Below the pieces are notes generated by a model. That model ran no database searches. It was not told where the DNA came from and was given only the letters and a program-made list of their open reading frames with translations. A stretch of 55,915 bases of DNA, taken from the NCBI GenBank assembly GCA_030692375.1, contig JAUYCD010000054.1:1-55915 (forward strand), given 5' to 3'. Source of the DNA: Candidatus Latescibacter sp. GTDB lineage: Bacteria > Latescibacterota > Latescibacteria > Latescibacterales > Latescibacteraceae. Below, piece after piece: positions 8,965-20,393 of this stretch (the stretch's first letter is position 1; each line of letters starts with the position of its first letter). The position numbers were made by a program, and so were the translations under genes.

Positions 8965-10026
8965 TCAATCCTCTTTCAAATATTTCGTTTCTGCGCAGTC
9001 CGTGTCGTGATGAATAATGCCGCGGCAGGCAGAGAGAAGGAGGAATTTCCCCCTTTCCCGCAGTTCCGGTGAAGCGGTGACCAGTGCCATTTTTTCGTTC
9101 GTGATTGTTATTATTCCCTGAAGCTCAGCTTCTTCGGCATCTCCGGGTTCACCTGTCCACTCGAATGTATCTTTTTTAAACTTGTTGAAATGAGGAATGG
9201 TTGCAAGCCTTTTCTTTACAGCCCGGTTATCGAGAACATCGAACAGTGAAGTATACATGATTATCTCGGATATTTCCTCTTCCTCTTCTCTCCCATCTTC
9301 ATGATTCAAAACACGCCTGAACTCGAACCACAATAGCAGGAGAGGAGTTTTCTTTTTCAAAAAGCTCTCCAAGGTCGAATCCGGCGATTGCTTTTGATAT
9401 TCTGCAAACAATTCCCGTATCATTTTTAGGAAGGAATTCTTTTTTATCTCAAATGGGTAAAATCCCAAACCTAAGGTCGGTTTCCCTCCCAATGTAATTA
9501 CACGAGCTAAAACAAGCGACCCATTAAGAAAATCTAACGTTCCTTTAGAATCTATTTCGCATCTGTAATTGAGCAGGAGGTCATCGAAAAACAACTTATT
9601 CCTTGATTTTGACAAATGTACCTGGAACAATGTCACCACTGAATCGTTCATTTTTCGGAGCACGACCATTTCTGCACCGTTTACCTGCTTGGACTTCTCC
9701 ATATAGAATTCGATGCCTGTATAGCCAGACTTCACGATACCGGGGGTATGAATAATCCAATCGTAAAACTGCACCAGAGAGGCTTCATCAAGATCATCAA
9801 TATCCGTTTCAACAACATCAAGCCCATTTACATCTTTAAAAACATCGAACGCCATAGAAACTGAACGCCGATACCGCTTTATCAGGAACTTTGCGACTTT
9901 TTCGAAGAGAATATGATAAAGTTCAAGCTCCGCCGAGAAGGGGAGAACGGCGAATTCTTCTCCATACATTCCGGTATTTCCATCGGGTTTCGATTTTATT
10001 CCGGAAAGGTTCTTTTTAATTTTCAC
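8965..10026 (-). CDS. hypothetical protein, orphan, visibly AT-richer than its neighbours
   Basis: 353-aa uninterrupted ORF with a poly-Glu patch (EDGREEEEEISE). I recognise no family motifs. It is bracketed by repeat copies on both sides. Confidence 0.6.
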   Translation of the reverse strand: MKIKKNLSGIKSKPDGNTGMYGEEFAVLPFSAELELYHILFEKVAKFLIKRYRRSVSMAFDVFKDVNGLDVVETDIDDLDEASLVQFYDWIIHTPGIVKSGYTGIEFYMEKSKQVNGAEMVVLRKMNDSVVTLFQVHLSKSRNKLFFDDLLLNYRCEIDSKGTLDFLNGSLVLARVITLGGKPTLGLGFYPFEIKKNSFLKMIRELFAEYQKQSPDSTLESFLKKKTPLLLLWFEFRRVLNHEDGREEEEEISEIIMYTSLFDVLDNRAVKKRLATIPHFNKFKKDTFEWTGEPGDAEEAELQGIITITNEKMALVTASPELRERGKFLLLSACRGIIHHDTDCAETKYLKED

Positions 10027-10110
10027 ATTATTCCCTTTTGAAGTAAATCCTGCTCTTCGTCAGGCTCAGAGCCCGCTGTCCGAGCGCTGAGCTTGTCGAA
10101 GTGACACGTG

Positions 10111-13374
<3,264 letters not shown>

Positions 13375-13398
13375 ATCTATTCCTGAATAAGTGGCGGC

Positions 13399-13908
13399 TC
13401 AATGAAACAACACAACCCACAGAATGAAACCTGTCAAAGCCAGCAGTGCAATATACCCTGATTGCACGAGAAATGAAAGAAACCTGGCTTTACGAATCCT
13501 TCGTTTCCGGACTAGTGCGCCTTTCTCAAGGTTTCCCTCAAGGACTGTTTCAGCCAGTTTCGAGTCGTATTCATCGATAAGCCTGAGAATGAGACTTTTT
13601 GTGGCGACAACCTGTTCAGCCAGAAGATTATGTGATGATTTATCAGAGGCGGCGGCGCCATTCTGATGTTTTTTAAGAGGATAGGTATCAAGGCTCAACA
13701 AAAGATATGCTTTCAAAATCGCTATCCGGATTTCTGTGACTTTCATATCCCTCCCTTCCTGAACAGATTCACGGAGGATGTTTTCACAGATATCTATAAA
13801 ATTCCGGAGGTTTTGCTGTATTTCCGAATTGCTGAGACTGAGAAGGTAAGATTCCTCGATTACCTCCTCTACCTGCTGCTTGATTCTTTGATCAGTCCAT
13901 TTTCCCAT
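13399..13908 (-). CDS. hypothetical tail-anchored membrane protein
   Basis: 169 aa with a single C-terminal TM segment (FLSFLVQSGYIALLALTGFILWVVLF). AT-richer than its neighbours. No family recognised. Confidence 0.5.
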   Translation of the reverse strand: MGKWTDQRIKQQVEEVIEESYLLSLSNSEIQQNLRNFIDICENILRESVQEGRDMKVTEIRIAILKAYLLLSLDTYPLKKHQNGAAASDKSSHNLLAEQVVATKSLILRLIDEYDSKLAETVLEGNLEKGALVRKRRIRKARFLSFLVQSGYIALLALTGFILWVVLFH

Positions 13909-13967
13909 AGTTTAAAAGTATAAAAACATCTCCCGAAAAGCAAGCAGGACTCGGAACGATTTTCCTT

Positions 13968-15404
13968 TTACTGTATATGATGGATATTCATGAGATTTGT
14001 GGAACCGGAAACACCGATAGGGGTGCCTGAGGTGATCACAATAATATCTCCCGCTCGGGCATACCCGCAATTCTTTGCCGCCGATTCAGCCACACCAACC
14101 ATGCTGTCTGTATCGACCACCTCCTGCACCAGCACCGTATGAATGCCCCAATATAACGCCAGACGGCGCCGAATAGTTTCAGAAGGAGTAATGGCTACAA
14201 TGCTGGTTTTGGGACGATGCTTGGAAAGATGCCTGGCGGTGGAGCCGGACTGTGTATAGGCGACAATGGCGGTGGCGTTCAAAATCTCCGCCGCCCGGCA
14301 GGCCGCGATGGTCACCGCCCCTTGGATGGTTGATTCCTGTTCTCTAGGGTCAAGGATGCACCTGCCCTTTCCGAGGAGAGACGTACCGCGGTACGTCTCT
14401 TCTTTTTCTACATCGTCGATAATCCTGCGCATGGTTTCCACCGCCTTGATCGGGTACTTCCCCACCGCTGTCTCGCCGGAAAGCATCACTGCGTCCGAGC
14501 CATCGATAATAGCATTGGCCACATCCGAAGTTTCCGCGCGAGTCGGGCGGGGATTGTAGGTCATGGATTCGAGCATCTGGGTGGCGGTAATCACCGGCTT
14601 ACCGGCTATGTTGCATTTTTCGATGATTTTCTTCTGGATGAGCGGCACTTCTTCGGAAGGCATCTCCACACCCAAATCGCCCCGCGCCACCATGACTCCA
14701 TCGGCATTTTCCAGGATGGCGTCAAAGGCGTTAACTGCCTCCTGTCTCTCTATCTTGGCGATGACCGGCATATCCGATCCCAGGTTGGACAGAAGCTTTT
14801 TCGCCTTGAACACATCATCCGGGGTCCGCACAAACGAGAGGCCGAGGAAATCCAGCCCGTTTTTGACCGCAAATTCCATGTCTGAAAAATCCTTGGTGCT
14901 GATGGAAGGCGCCGATACCTTCACTCCGGGAAGATTCATCCCCTTGTGCGGCTTGAGATCCCCTCCGATCACCACAACGGTCTTCACTTCTTCCGGGCTG
15001 ACCTCCAAAACCTTCAGCTCCAGGTTGCCGTCATCGATGAGAATACGGTCGCCTTTCTCCACATCGCTGACCAGGTTGGGGTAGGTGGTGCTCACCAGGG
15101 ATGCTGAGCCCATGACCGTGCGGGTGGTAATGGTCAGTTCTTTTCCTGCCTCCAGGAACACACTTCCACCTGCAACATCTCCCACCCGGATTTTCGGACC
15201 GGCCAGATCGCCGAGAATGGCGATGGGAATCCCCTTCTCTGCGGCCACTTTTCGAACCTTGACGATAATCCCGGCAAGCTCCTCGGGGGCGCCATGGGAA
15301 AAATTGATACGGGCGATATTCATTCCGGCTTCAATAAGACCCCGGATGGTTATCTCGTCCTGGCTTGCCGGACCCAGAGTACAGATGATTTTTGCTCGAG
15401 TCAT
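13968..15404 (-). CDS. pyk: pyruvate kinase
   Basis: 478 aa. Motifs KIICTLGPAS, NFSHG, MVARGDLGVE and SGETA. Confidence 0.96.
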   Translation of the reverse strand: MTRAKIICTLGPASQDEITIRGLIEAGMNIARINFSHGAPEELAGIIVKVRKVAAEKGIPIAILGDLAGPKIRVGDVAGGSVFLEAGKELTITTRTVMGSASLVSTTYPNLVSDVEKGDRILIDDGNLELKVLEVSPEEVKTVVVIGGDLKPHKGMNLPGVKVSAPSISTKDFSDMEFAVKNGLDFLGLSFVRTPDDVFKAKKLLSNLGSDMPVIAKIERQEAVNAFDAILENADGVMVARGDLGVEMPSEEVPLIQKKIIEKCNIAGKPVITATQMLESMTYNPRPTRAETSDVANAIIDGSDAVMLSGETAVGKYPIKAVETMRRIIDDVEKEETYRGTSLLGKGRCILDPREQESTIQGAVTIAACRAAEILNATAIVAYTQSGSTARHLSKHRPKTSIVAITPSETIRRRLALYWGIHTVLVQEVVDTDSMVGVAESAAKNCGYARAGDIIVITSGTPIGVSGSTNLMNIHHIQ

Positions 15405-15464
15405 GGGTATTGAAGCCTCCTGTTTATAGAAGACAAAAGAAAAGACAAAAGAATCCTAAAGAAA

Positions 15465-15495
15465 AGATTGTCTGAACCACTAATGCGCGTGATGT
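15465..15495. repeat. family-C short repeat (GATTGTCTGAACCA.TNAT.CGC.TGAT)
   Basis: AAGATTGTCTGAACCACTAATGCGCGTGATG. Related copies lie at 36608..36645 and 55765..55809. Confidence 0.7.
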
Positions 15496-15559
15496 AAATG
15501 ATAAAAGATGATGAAAAGATTACAATCAAAATCCCAAGCACAGAGAGAAAGAAAAGGCT

Positions 15560-15619
15560 CTTTCATCCTTTATCCTTCATCCTTGTCTTTTTTACTTTGT
15601 GCCTTTGTTCTTTTGCGCC
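15560..15619. repeat. family-E repeat (TCATCCTT units followed by a CTTTG(T/G)GCC-type tract)
   Basis: CTTTCATCCTTTATCCTTCATCCTTGTC...TACTTTGTGCCTTTGTTCTTTTGCGCC. The reverse complement of the same motif pair occurs at 36462..36532. Confidence 0.65.
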
Positions 15620-15665
15620 ATTATGCCTTAGAACTTATCCGTAAGGATTTTCACTCGTTTTAAGG

Positions 15666-15784
15666 CAGCCCCCTTCTGGCCTTTCAGGCCACCTTCCCCC
15701 CTTGCGGGGGGCAGGAAAAGCATGTGGCGTCTCAAATTCCCTTGCCCCCATTTATGGGGGAAAGGGATCGAGGGTAAGGGGGCA
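15666..15784. repeat. composite C5/G5 nested-hairpin element (about 119 nt)
   Basis: Outer arms GCCCCCT (15666..) and AGGGGGC (..15784). They enclose the inner hairpins CCCCCC-TTGC-GGGGGG and CCCCC-ATTTAT-GGGGG. The element at 26166..26279 has the same architecture. Confidence 0.8.
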
Positions 15785-15840
15785 TTGAGTAGGTGCAACC
15801 GGCGAATTTCTTATTTACGGACAAGCTCTTAGTTTTTTCT

Positions 15841-17409
15841 TTACAGATCGAATATTGTCTCCGCCTCAATTTCATCGAAAGCCTGAGACAGATTTTCTAA
15901 CACATCTCCGGCCATCACCCCCCGTATACCCATTTCCTCCGAGGCCATCTCTCCGGCCAGACCGTGCACGAAAGCCCCCAGGACAGCGGCGGGGAAAAGG
16001 TCCAGCCCTTGGGCGGCGAGACCGGTGATCGTTCCCGTCAGCACATCCCCGGCTCCGGCTGTTGCCAGGGCCTGGTTTCCGGTCGGATTAAGCCAGACCT
16101 CGCCCGCAGGATTGACAGTCACCGTAGTCGGTCCTTTCAGCAGAACGATTTTCCCCAGTTCAGCGGCTGCCTGTTTCGCTGCGCCGATTGGATCGGTCAT
16201 GATCTCAGCGGCCGGTTTCTCCATCAGCCGCGAAAGCTCTCCGGCATGGGGAGTGAGTACCATATCGCAGGGAGTTTTCGTAAGAGCAGCCCGGTTGTTA
16301 CGGTACGCGTTGATCCCATCCGCATCGAGAATCACTTTGCCCCGGTACTCGTCCAGAAAGCGCCTGACCAGCTCCGAGGTTTCGTAATACGTCCCCAATC
16401 CCGGGCCGACAGCCACCGCATCCATATTTTCCACCGCCTCGCGGATTTTTCCCAGCGCACGGAGGGAAAGGCAGCGTTTTTTTCGGACTTCCGGCAGGGG
16501 GAGATTCATGATTTCGGTTAACTTGACTGCGAGAATATCACTGAGACTCTCGGGGCAGCCCACCCTTACCAGTCCGGCGCCTGACCGCATGGCGGAAGCG
16601 GCGCATAAGGCGGGCGCCCCGGTCATTCCGACCGATCCGGAAAGAATAAAAACCTTTCCGGCTGAATTTTTATGCGCATCGTATGGCCGCACCGGTATGA
16701 GAGCGGCAGCCTCCGACCGTGAAAGTGTATGAGCGAACGGCGCTATCATATCAGACACTTCCAGGGGAAAGCCGATGTCCGCCGCCTGAATGCTTCCGCA
16801 GAAAAAGCGCCCCGGTTTGATTACCATTCCTGCTTTCAGGAACCCGAAGGTCACCGTATAATCGGCCTGCACCGCGGCTTCCGAAACCTGGCCGGTATTC
16901 GAGTTCACACCGGAAGGAATGTCGACCGCCACCACCTCGGCGTGTGCATGATTCACCAACTCCACTACCGCGGCGGCAAGGCCGGTAATCTCTCCCCGGA
17001 GTCCGGTCCCGAAGAGGGCGTCCACAATCACATCGGCGGACTCGATCCGCTCGATGAACAGGCCAAGGTCTTCCTGGCCGTGTATCTCTTCCACTTTCCC
17101 GCCGGTTTTCTCAAGGGCACCGAGACAGGCGAGGGCGTCGCCCCGTACTTCACGCTTTCTTCCGATCAGGAATACATCGGCCGGAATCCCGCTCAACCTC
17201 AGGAGTTCAGCCACCCGGAAACCGTCTCCGCCGTTGTTTCCTTTTCCAGCTAGCACAACCACCCTTTTATCGAATAGATCGGAGTATACTTCAGCCATGA
17301 ATTCACAGACAGCCTTACCCGCCGCCCGCATGAGCTCGATGCCGGGTTTTCCCCACTCGATCGAGCGGCGGTCGATTTCCGCCATCTGTTCGCCGGTGAA
17401 GACTTTCAT
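15841..17409 (-). CDS. nnr: bifunctional NAD(P)H-hydrate repair enzyme (epimerase + ADP-dependent dehydratase)
   Basis: 522 aa. N-terminal YjeF_N motifs (GKGNNGGDG) and C-terminal carbohydrate-kinase motifs (GAGDVLTG). The start overlaps the upstream stop as ATGA. Confidence 0.9.
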   Translation of the reverse strand: MKVFTGEQMAEIDRRSIEWGKPGIELMRAAGKAVCEFMAEVYSDLFDKRVVVLAGKGNNGGDGFRVAELLRLSGIPADVFLIGRKREVRGDALACLGALEKTGGKVEEIHGQEDLGLFIERIESADVIVDALFGTGLRGEITGLAAAVVELVNHAHAEVVAVDIPSGVNSNTGQVSEAAVQADYTVTFGFLKAGMVIKPGRFFCGSIQAADIGFPLEVSDMIAPFAHTLSRSEAAALIPVRPYDAHKNSAGKVFILSGSVGMTGAPALCAASAMRSGAGLVRVGCPESLSDILAVKLTEIMNLPLPEVRKKRCLSLRALGKIREAVENMDAVAVGPGLGTYYETSELVRRFLDEYRGKVILDADGINAYRNNRAALTKTPCDMVLTPHAGELSRLMEKPAAEIMTDPIGAAKQAAAELGKIVLLKGPTTVTVNPAGEVWLNPTGNQALATAGAGDVLTGTITGLAAQGLDLFPAAVLGAFVHGLAGEMASEEMGIRGVMAGDVLENLSQAFDEIEAETIFDL

Positions 17410-18017
17410 AGGGCAACTCCAATTTTTTCGGCAAGGGTGGTAAACAGGCGGTCACAGTGGGGAGCGGCACTACGGACTTTGTTAAGGTCTAATATTTTAA
17501 GAATTTTCGAGGCGTGATGGATTTTATGATATTTCCCTTTATATGAATATCGTGTTGCGGCATTCAATTTAACTCTGATAGTGCCTTTTGTTATGTTCTC
17601 CACACTTGTTGTTCGAGGTAGTTTTTCTTCACGGAAGCCAGTACCGAAAAAGATTTTGAGTGCGTCCCTGTCTGCTAAAAACCATGCTTCCATAATTTGA
17701 ACCATGAGATGACAATGCACATGATGATGGTCCTCAAATAACCATTGATCATGTAATGCGAGATGACTCCACGGGTCAGTAGTCACCCCGATTTCTGAAT
17801 CGACAAGAAGTACATTAAAGGCATCGGGATGGTCTTCCCATGCCGCCATGAAGTCGCGGTATGCATTACCTCTTGTACCACAGGCTACTACAAGTATTTT
17901 CACTTCAGGCATGGTATGCAACTTATTAAAGAAAACGGTGAAACCTTCTCTCATCTGGGCTCTGGATTCCACACTGTCGCCGCCGCCCTCGACATACACC
18001 CTGATTTCTTTCACCAT
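17406..18017 (-). CDS. DUF4276-like protein (possible TOPRIM-like effector partner of the upstream ATPase)
   Basis: 203 aa. N-terminal strand plus an acidic motif IRVYVEGGGD. Central LLVDSE. MEAWFLADRDAL and the C-terminal APHCDRLFTTL match my recollection of DUF4276. There is a 7-nt overlap with the ATPase gene. Confidence 0.65.
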   Translation of the reverse strand: MVKEIRVYVEGGGDSVESRAQMREGFTVFFNKLHTMPEVKILVVACGTRGNAYRDFMAAWEDHPDAFNVLLVDSEIGVTTDPWSHLALHDQWLFEDHHHVHCHLMVQIMEAWFLADRDALKIFFGTGFREEKLPRTTSVENITKGTIRVKLNAATRYSYKGKYHKIHHASKILKILDLNKVRSAAPHCDRLFTTLAEKIGVAL

Positions 18018-19210
18018 CTGTTACCGCCTATCTCGCCCATACGCCACAGTTCACCGAGTGTGTAGTTCTCAAGCCATTTTTTCAGCTTCTTCTGATCAAG
18101 CCTCCTCATATGCGTCCCTTGTTCGTCATGCTCGCAAACCAGTACCGACTCCGGCTGTTCTGAAAGCGCAGAAACGAGAATGTCGGAATGAGTTGTAACA
18201 ATGAGCTGGGTGCGTTTGGATGCTTCTACAAGGAGTTCTGCAACGGTATGGAGAATGTCGGGGTGCAGCCCGACTTCCGGCTCTTCGATACAGATGAGCG
18301 GAGGAGGTGAGGGATGACAGAGAATCAAGAGAAGACAAAGAAATCGCAAAGTACCATCGGACAGACGAGAGGCGGGAATAGGGTCTTTAAGATTTTTCTC
18401 ATTGAAAAGAACTTGGATTATTCCTCCAAATACTTTTGTATGAATCGATTCAAATCTCTCATAAAACGACCGCATCAATTCATTTATTTTTCCAGCGGTT
18501 TCTCGCCTTTCCTTGAGATCATGAGCTATTAGGGCAAAGTTATTTAAACTTTCTAAAAGAAAATCACTAGGCCAATCGGTTTTTTGGGGTTGCTTTATCG
18601 AACTTATTACAACAAAAAGGTCTTTGTATATTTTCGATTCCTGAAGGCTATTTGCAAGTTTTGTTAATTCTGAACCTGAGTGTAGTCCGCCAAACTGGGA
18701 TAATATTGATTTATACAAATGGGGTTCGGGTGCAGGGGATATTCCTGCAAAAAGCTCCGATATACCAAATTCTACTTTCCCATTTTTATTACTGTACAAA
18801 AAATTTCCAATTTCATTCATAACAGTTTCTGTGTCGATATACAGCCTATCAAGTGGGGTTGAGCCGATTCTCAGTGTATAACTAACTATTTTCTTCTCAT
18901 GGGGCTGTATAAAGTCAATGCTCATATTTTCATAGGGTATTATAAAGTCAACACCCATTTCGGCAATTTTTTCACCCTTCCCTTTCCATATCCACTCTCC
19001 TACTCCACCACCCTCTCTCAACGGCATGCTTATATCTCTCGGCGCGGCCTGTAAAATACTTATCGCATTGATGAAATTCGATTTCCCCGAAGCATTTGGG
19101 CCGATGAGAACATTAAGAGGCTTTAAATTTACTGGTTTACTGTCTGGTCCGAATGAGAGAAGATTTTGAATCCATATCGAATTGATAAACCTTGTATCTT
19201 CCATGTTCAT
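18011..19210 (-). CDS. AAA_21/ABC-type (SMC-like) ATPase of the OLD/GajA/PtuA/AriA superfamily
   Basis: 399 aa. Walker A GPNASGKS, signature-like LSDGTLRFL, Walker B/D-loop LICIEEPEVGLHPD, H-loop LIVTTHS. No TM segment and no permease partner. Visibly AT-rich coding sequence. Confidence 0.8.
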   Translation of the reverse strand: MNMEDTRFINSIWIQNLLSFGPDSKPVNLKPLNVLIGPNASGKSNFINAISILQAAPRDISMPLREGGGVGEWIWKGKGEKIAEMGVDFIIPYENMSIDFIQPHEKKIVSYTLRIGSTPLDRLYIDTETVMNEIGNFLYSNKNGKVEFGISELFAGISPAPEPHLYKSILSQFGGLHSGSELTKLANSLQESKIYKDLFVVISSIKQPQKTDWPSDFLLESLNNFALIAHDLKERRETAGKINELMRSFYERFESIHTKVFGGIIQVLFNEKNLKDPIPASRLSDGTLRFLCLLLILCHPSPPPLICIEEPEVGLHPDILHTVAELLVEASKRTQLIVTTHSDILVSALSEQPESVLVCEHDEQGTHMRRLDQKKLKKWLENYTLGELWRMGEIGGNRW

Positions 19211-19914
19211 TCTCCCTTCGTTCCGTTCAGTTCATCGATGATGGCGAGTATCTCCCGGATGTCATCGATCACATACTCCGCGCCTTCTTTCCCCACTGAC
19301 GGGCGGTCGAATACGAAGCCGTAGCGGGCGAATATGGTGTGCATTCCCACTTCGCGCGCCCCGACCAGGTCGCGTTCAGGCCAGTCCCCGACCATGATGG
19401 TATCCTGGGGCTCGCAGTCGATCGTTGTGAGCACCTTGCGGAAAGTGATAGGGTGAGGCTTCTTATACCCCGTATCCTCGAACGTGATAACCGAATCGAA
19501 AACATGCTGCAACTGGAGGTAGCACACCCGCAGCCAGGCCTCACGGCAGGGGGCGTCGGAGAGCACTGCAAGTTTCAATCCCCTTCGGAGAAGCCCGGTC
19601 AGAGTCATGTTTACATGAGGGTAGAGAACGAGTGATGCCTCGCGCGCCCGTCGATATGCCACCACGCCGCTCGACAGAATCTTGAAGTCTATATACCCCA
19701 GGTGCTCCTGGAGAAAGTTGTCGAACACCTTTTGAAACTCGATGCCCTTCTTGTCATAAATGGCATAAAGCTCCCGTTTGGCTTCTTTCGGGTCCATGAC
19801 CAGTCCGGAGTCGATCATTGCGGTGACCGCGGCGGTGATGGCGCTCTCCTTCATGGCCATGAAATCCATGAGCGTGTTATCCAGGTCAAAAACCACTGCC
19901 TTGATCATGCGCAT
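19207..19914 (-). CDS. HAD-superfamily hydrolase (phosphoglycolate-phosphatase-like)
   Basis: 235 aa. Motif I VVFDLDNTL, motif IV-like MVGDWPERD. Confidence 0.8.
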   Translation of the reverse strand: MRMIKAVVFDLDNTLMDFMAMKESAITAAVTAMIDSGLVMDPKEAKRELYAIYDKKGIEFQKVFDNFLQEHLGYIDFKILSSGVVAYRRAREASLVLYPHVNMTLTGLLRRGLKLAVLSDAPCREAWLRVCYLQLQHVFDSVITFEDTGYKKPHPITFRKVLTTIDCEPQDTIMVGDWPERDLVGAREVGMHTIFARYGFVFDRPSVGKEGAEYVIDDIREILAIIDELNGTKGE

Positions 19915-20393
19915 TCCCCGTTTTTTACCAGATAAATCATGGCGATTTCATTGCAGTTTGGAAAATGCACGCAGTTCACACAGTCGCTCCAGATTTTATG
20001 AGGAAGCTCCGATTTGTCGATCACCTTGAAATGCAGGCGCTCAAAGAACTTCTCTTTGTAGGTCAGCACAAAAATACGCTCGATTCCCAGTTCTCCGGCT
20101 TCAGCGAGAAGCAATTCGACGATGGGACGGCCATATCCTTTGCCGATGCAATCTTCACGGAGTGCGAGGCCCCGTATCTCCGCCAGATCCGACCACATGA
20201 CATGCAGCGCCCCGCAGCCGATCATCTCTCCATCGACCTCGGCCACCATGTAATCACGGATGTTATCATATATCCAGGCGAGAGGCCGCGGGAGCATGAG
20301 TCCTTTCTGGGCCTGACAGTTCACAATTTCCGCAATGGCCGGGACATCGACCACCCGCGCTTTTCTCACCACTGCTGCGTTTACTTCTATCAA
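19905..20393 (-). CDS. GNAT N-acetyltransferase, short N-acetylglutamate-synthase-like form
   Basis: 162 aa. Acetyl-CoA motif IGKGYGRPIV and a Cys-rich C-terminal tail KIWSDCVNCVHFPNCNEIAM. Its position directly after argH in an arg cluster supports a NAGS-like role (inference). Confidence 0.65.
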   Translation of the reverse strand: MIEVNAAVVRKARVVDVPAIAEIVNCQAQKGLMLPRPLAWIYDNIRDYMVAEVDGEMIGCGALHVMWSDLAEIRGLALREDCIGKGYGRPIVELLLAEAGELGIERIFVLTYKEKFFERLHFKVIDKSELPHKIWSDCVNCVHFPNCNEIAMIYLVKNGECA

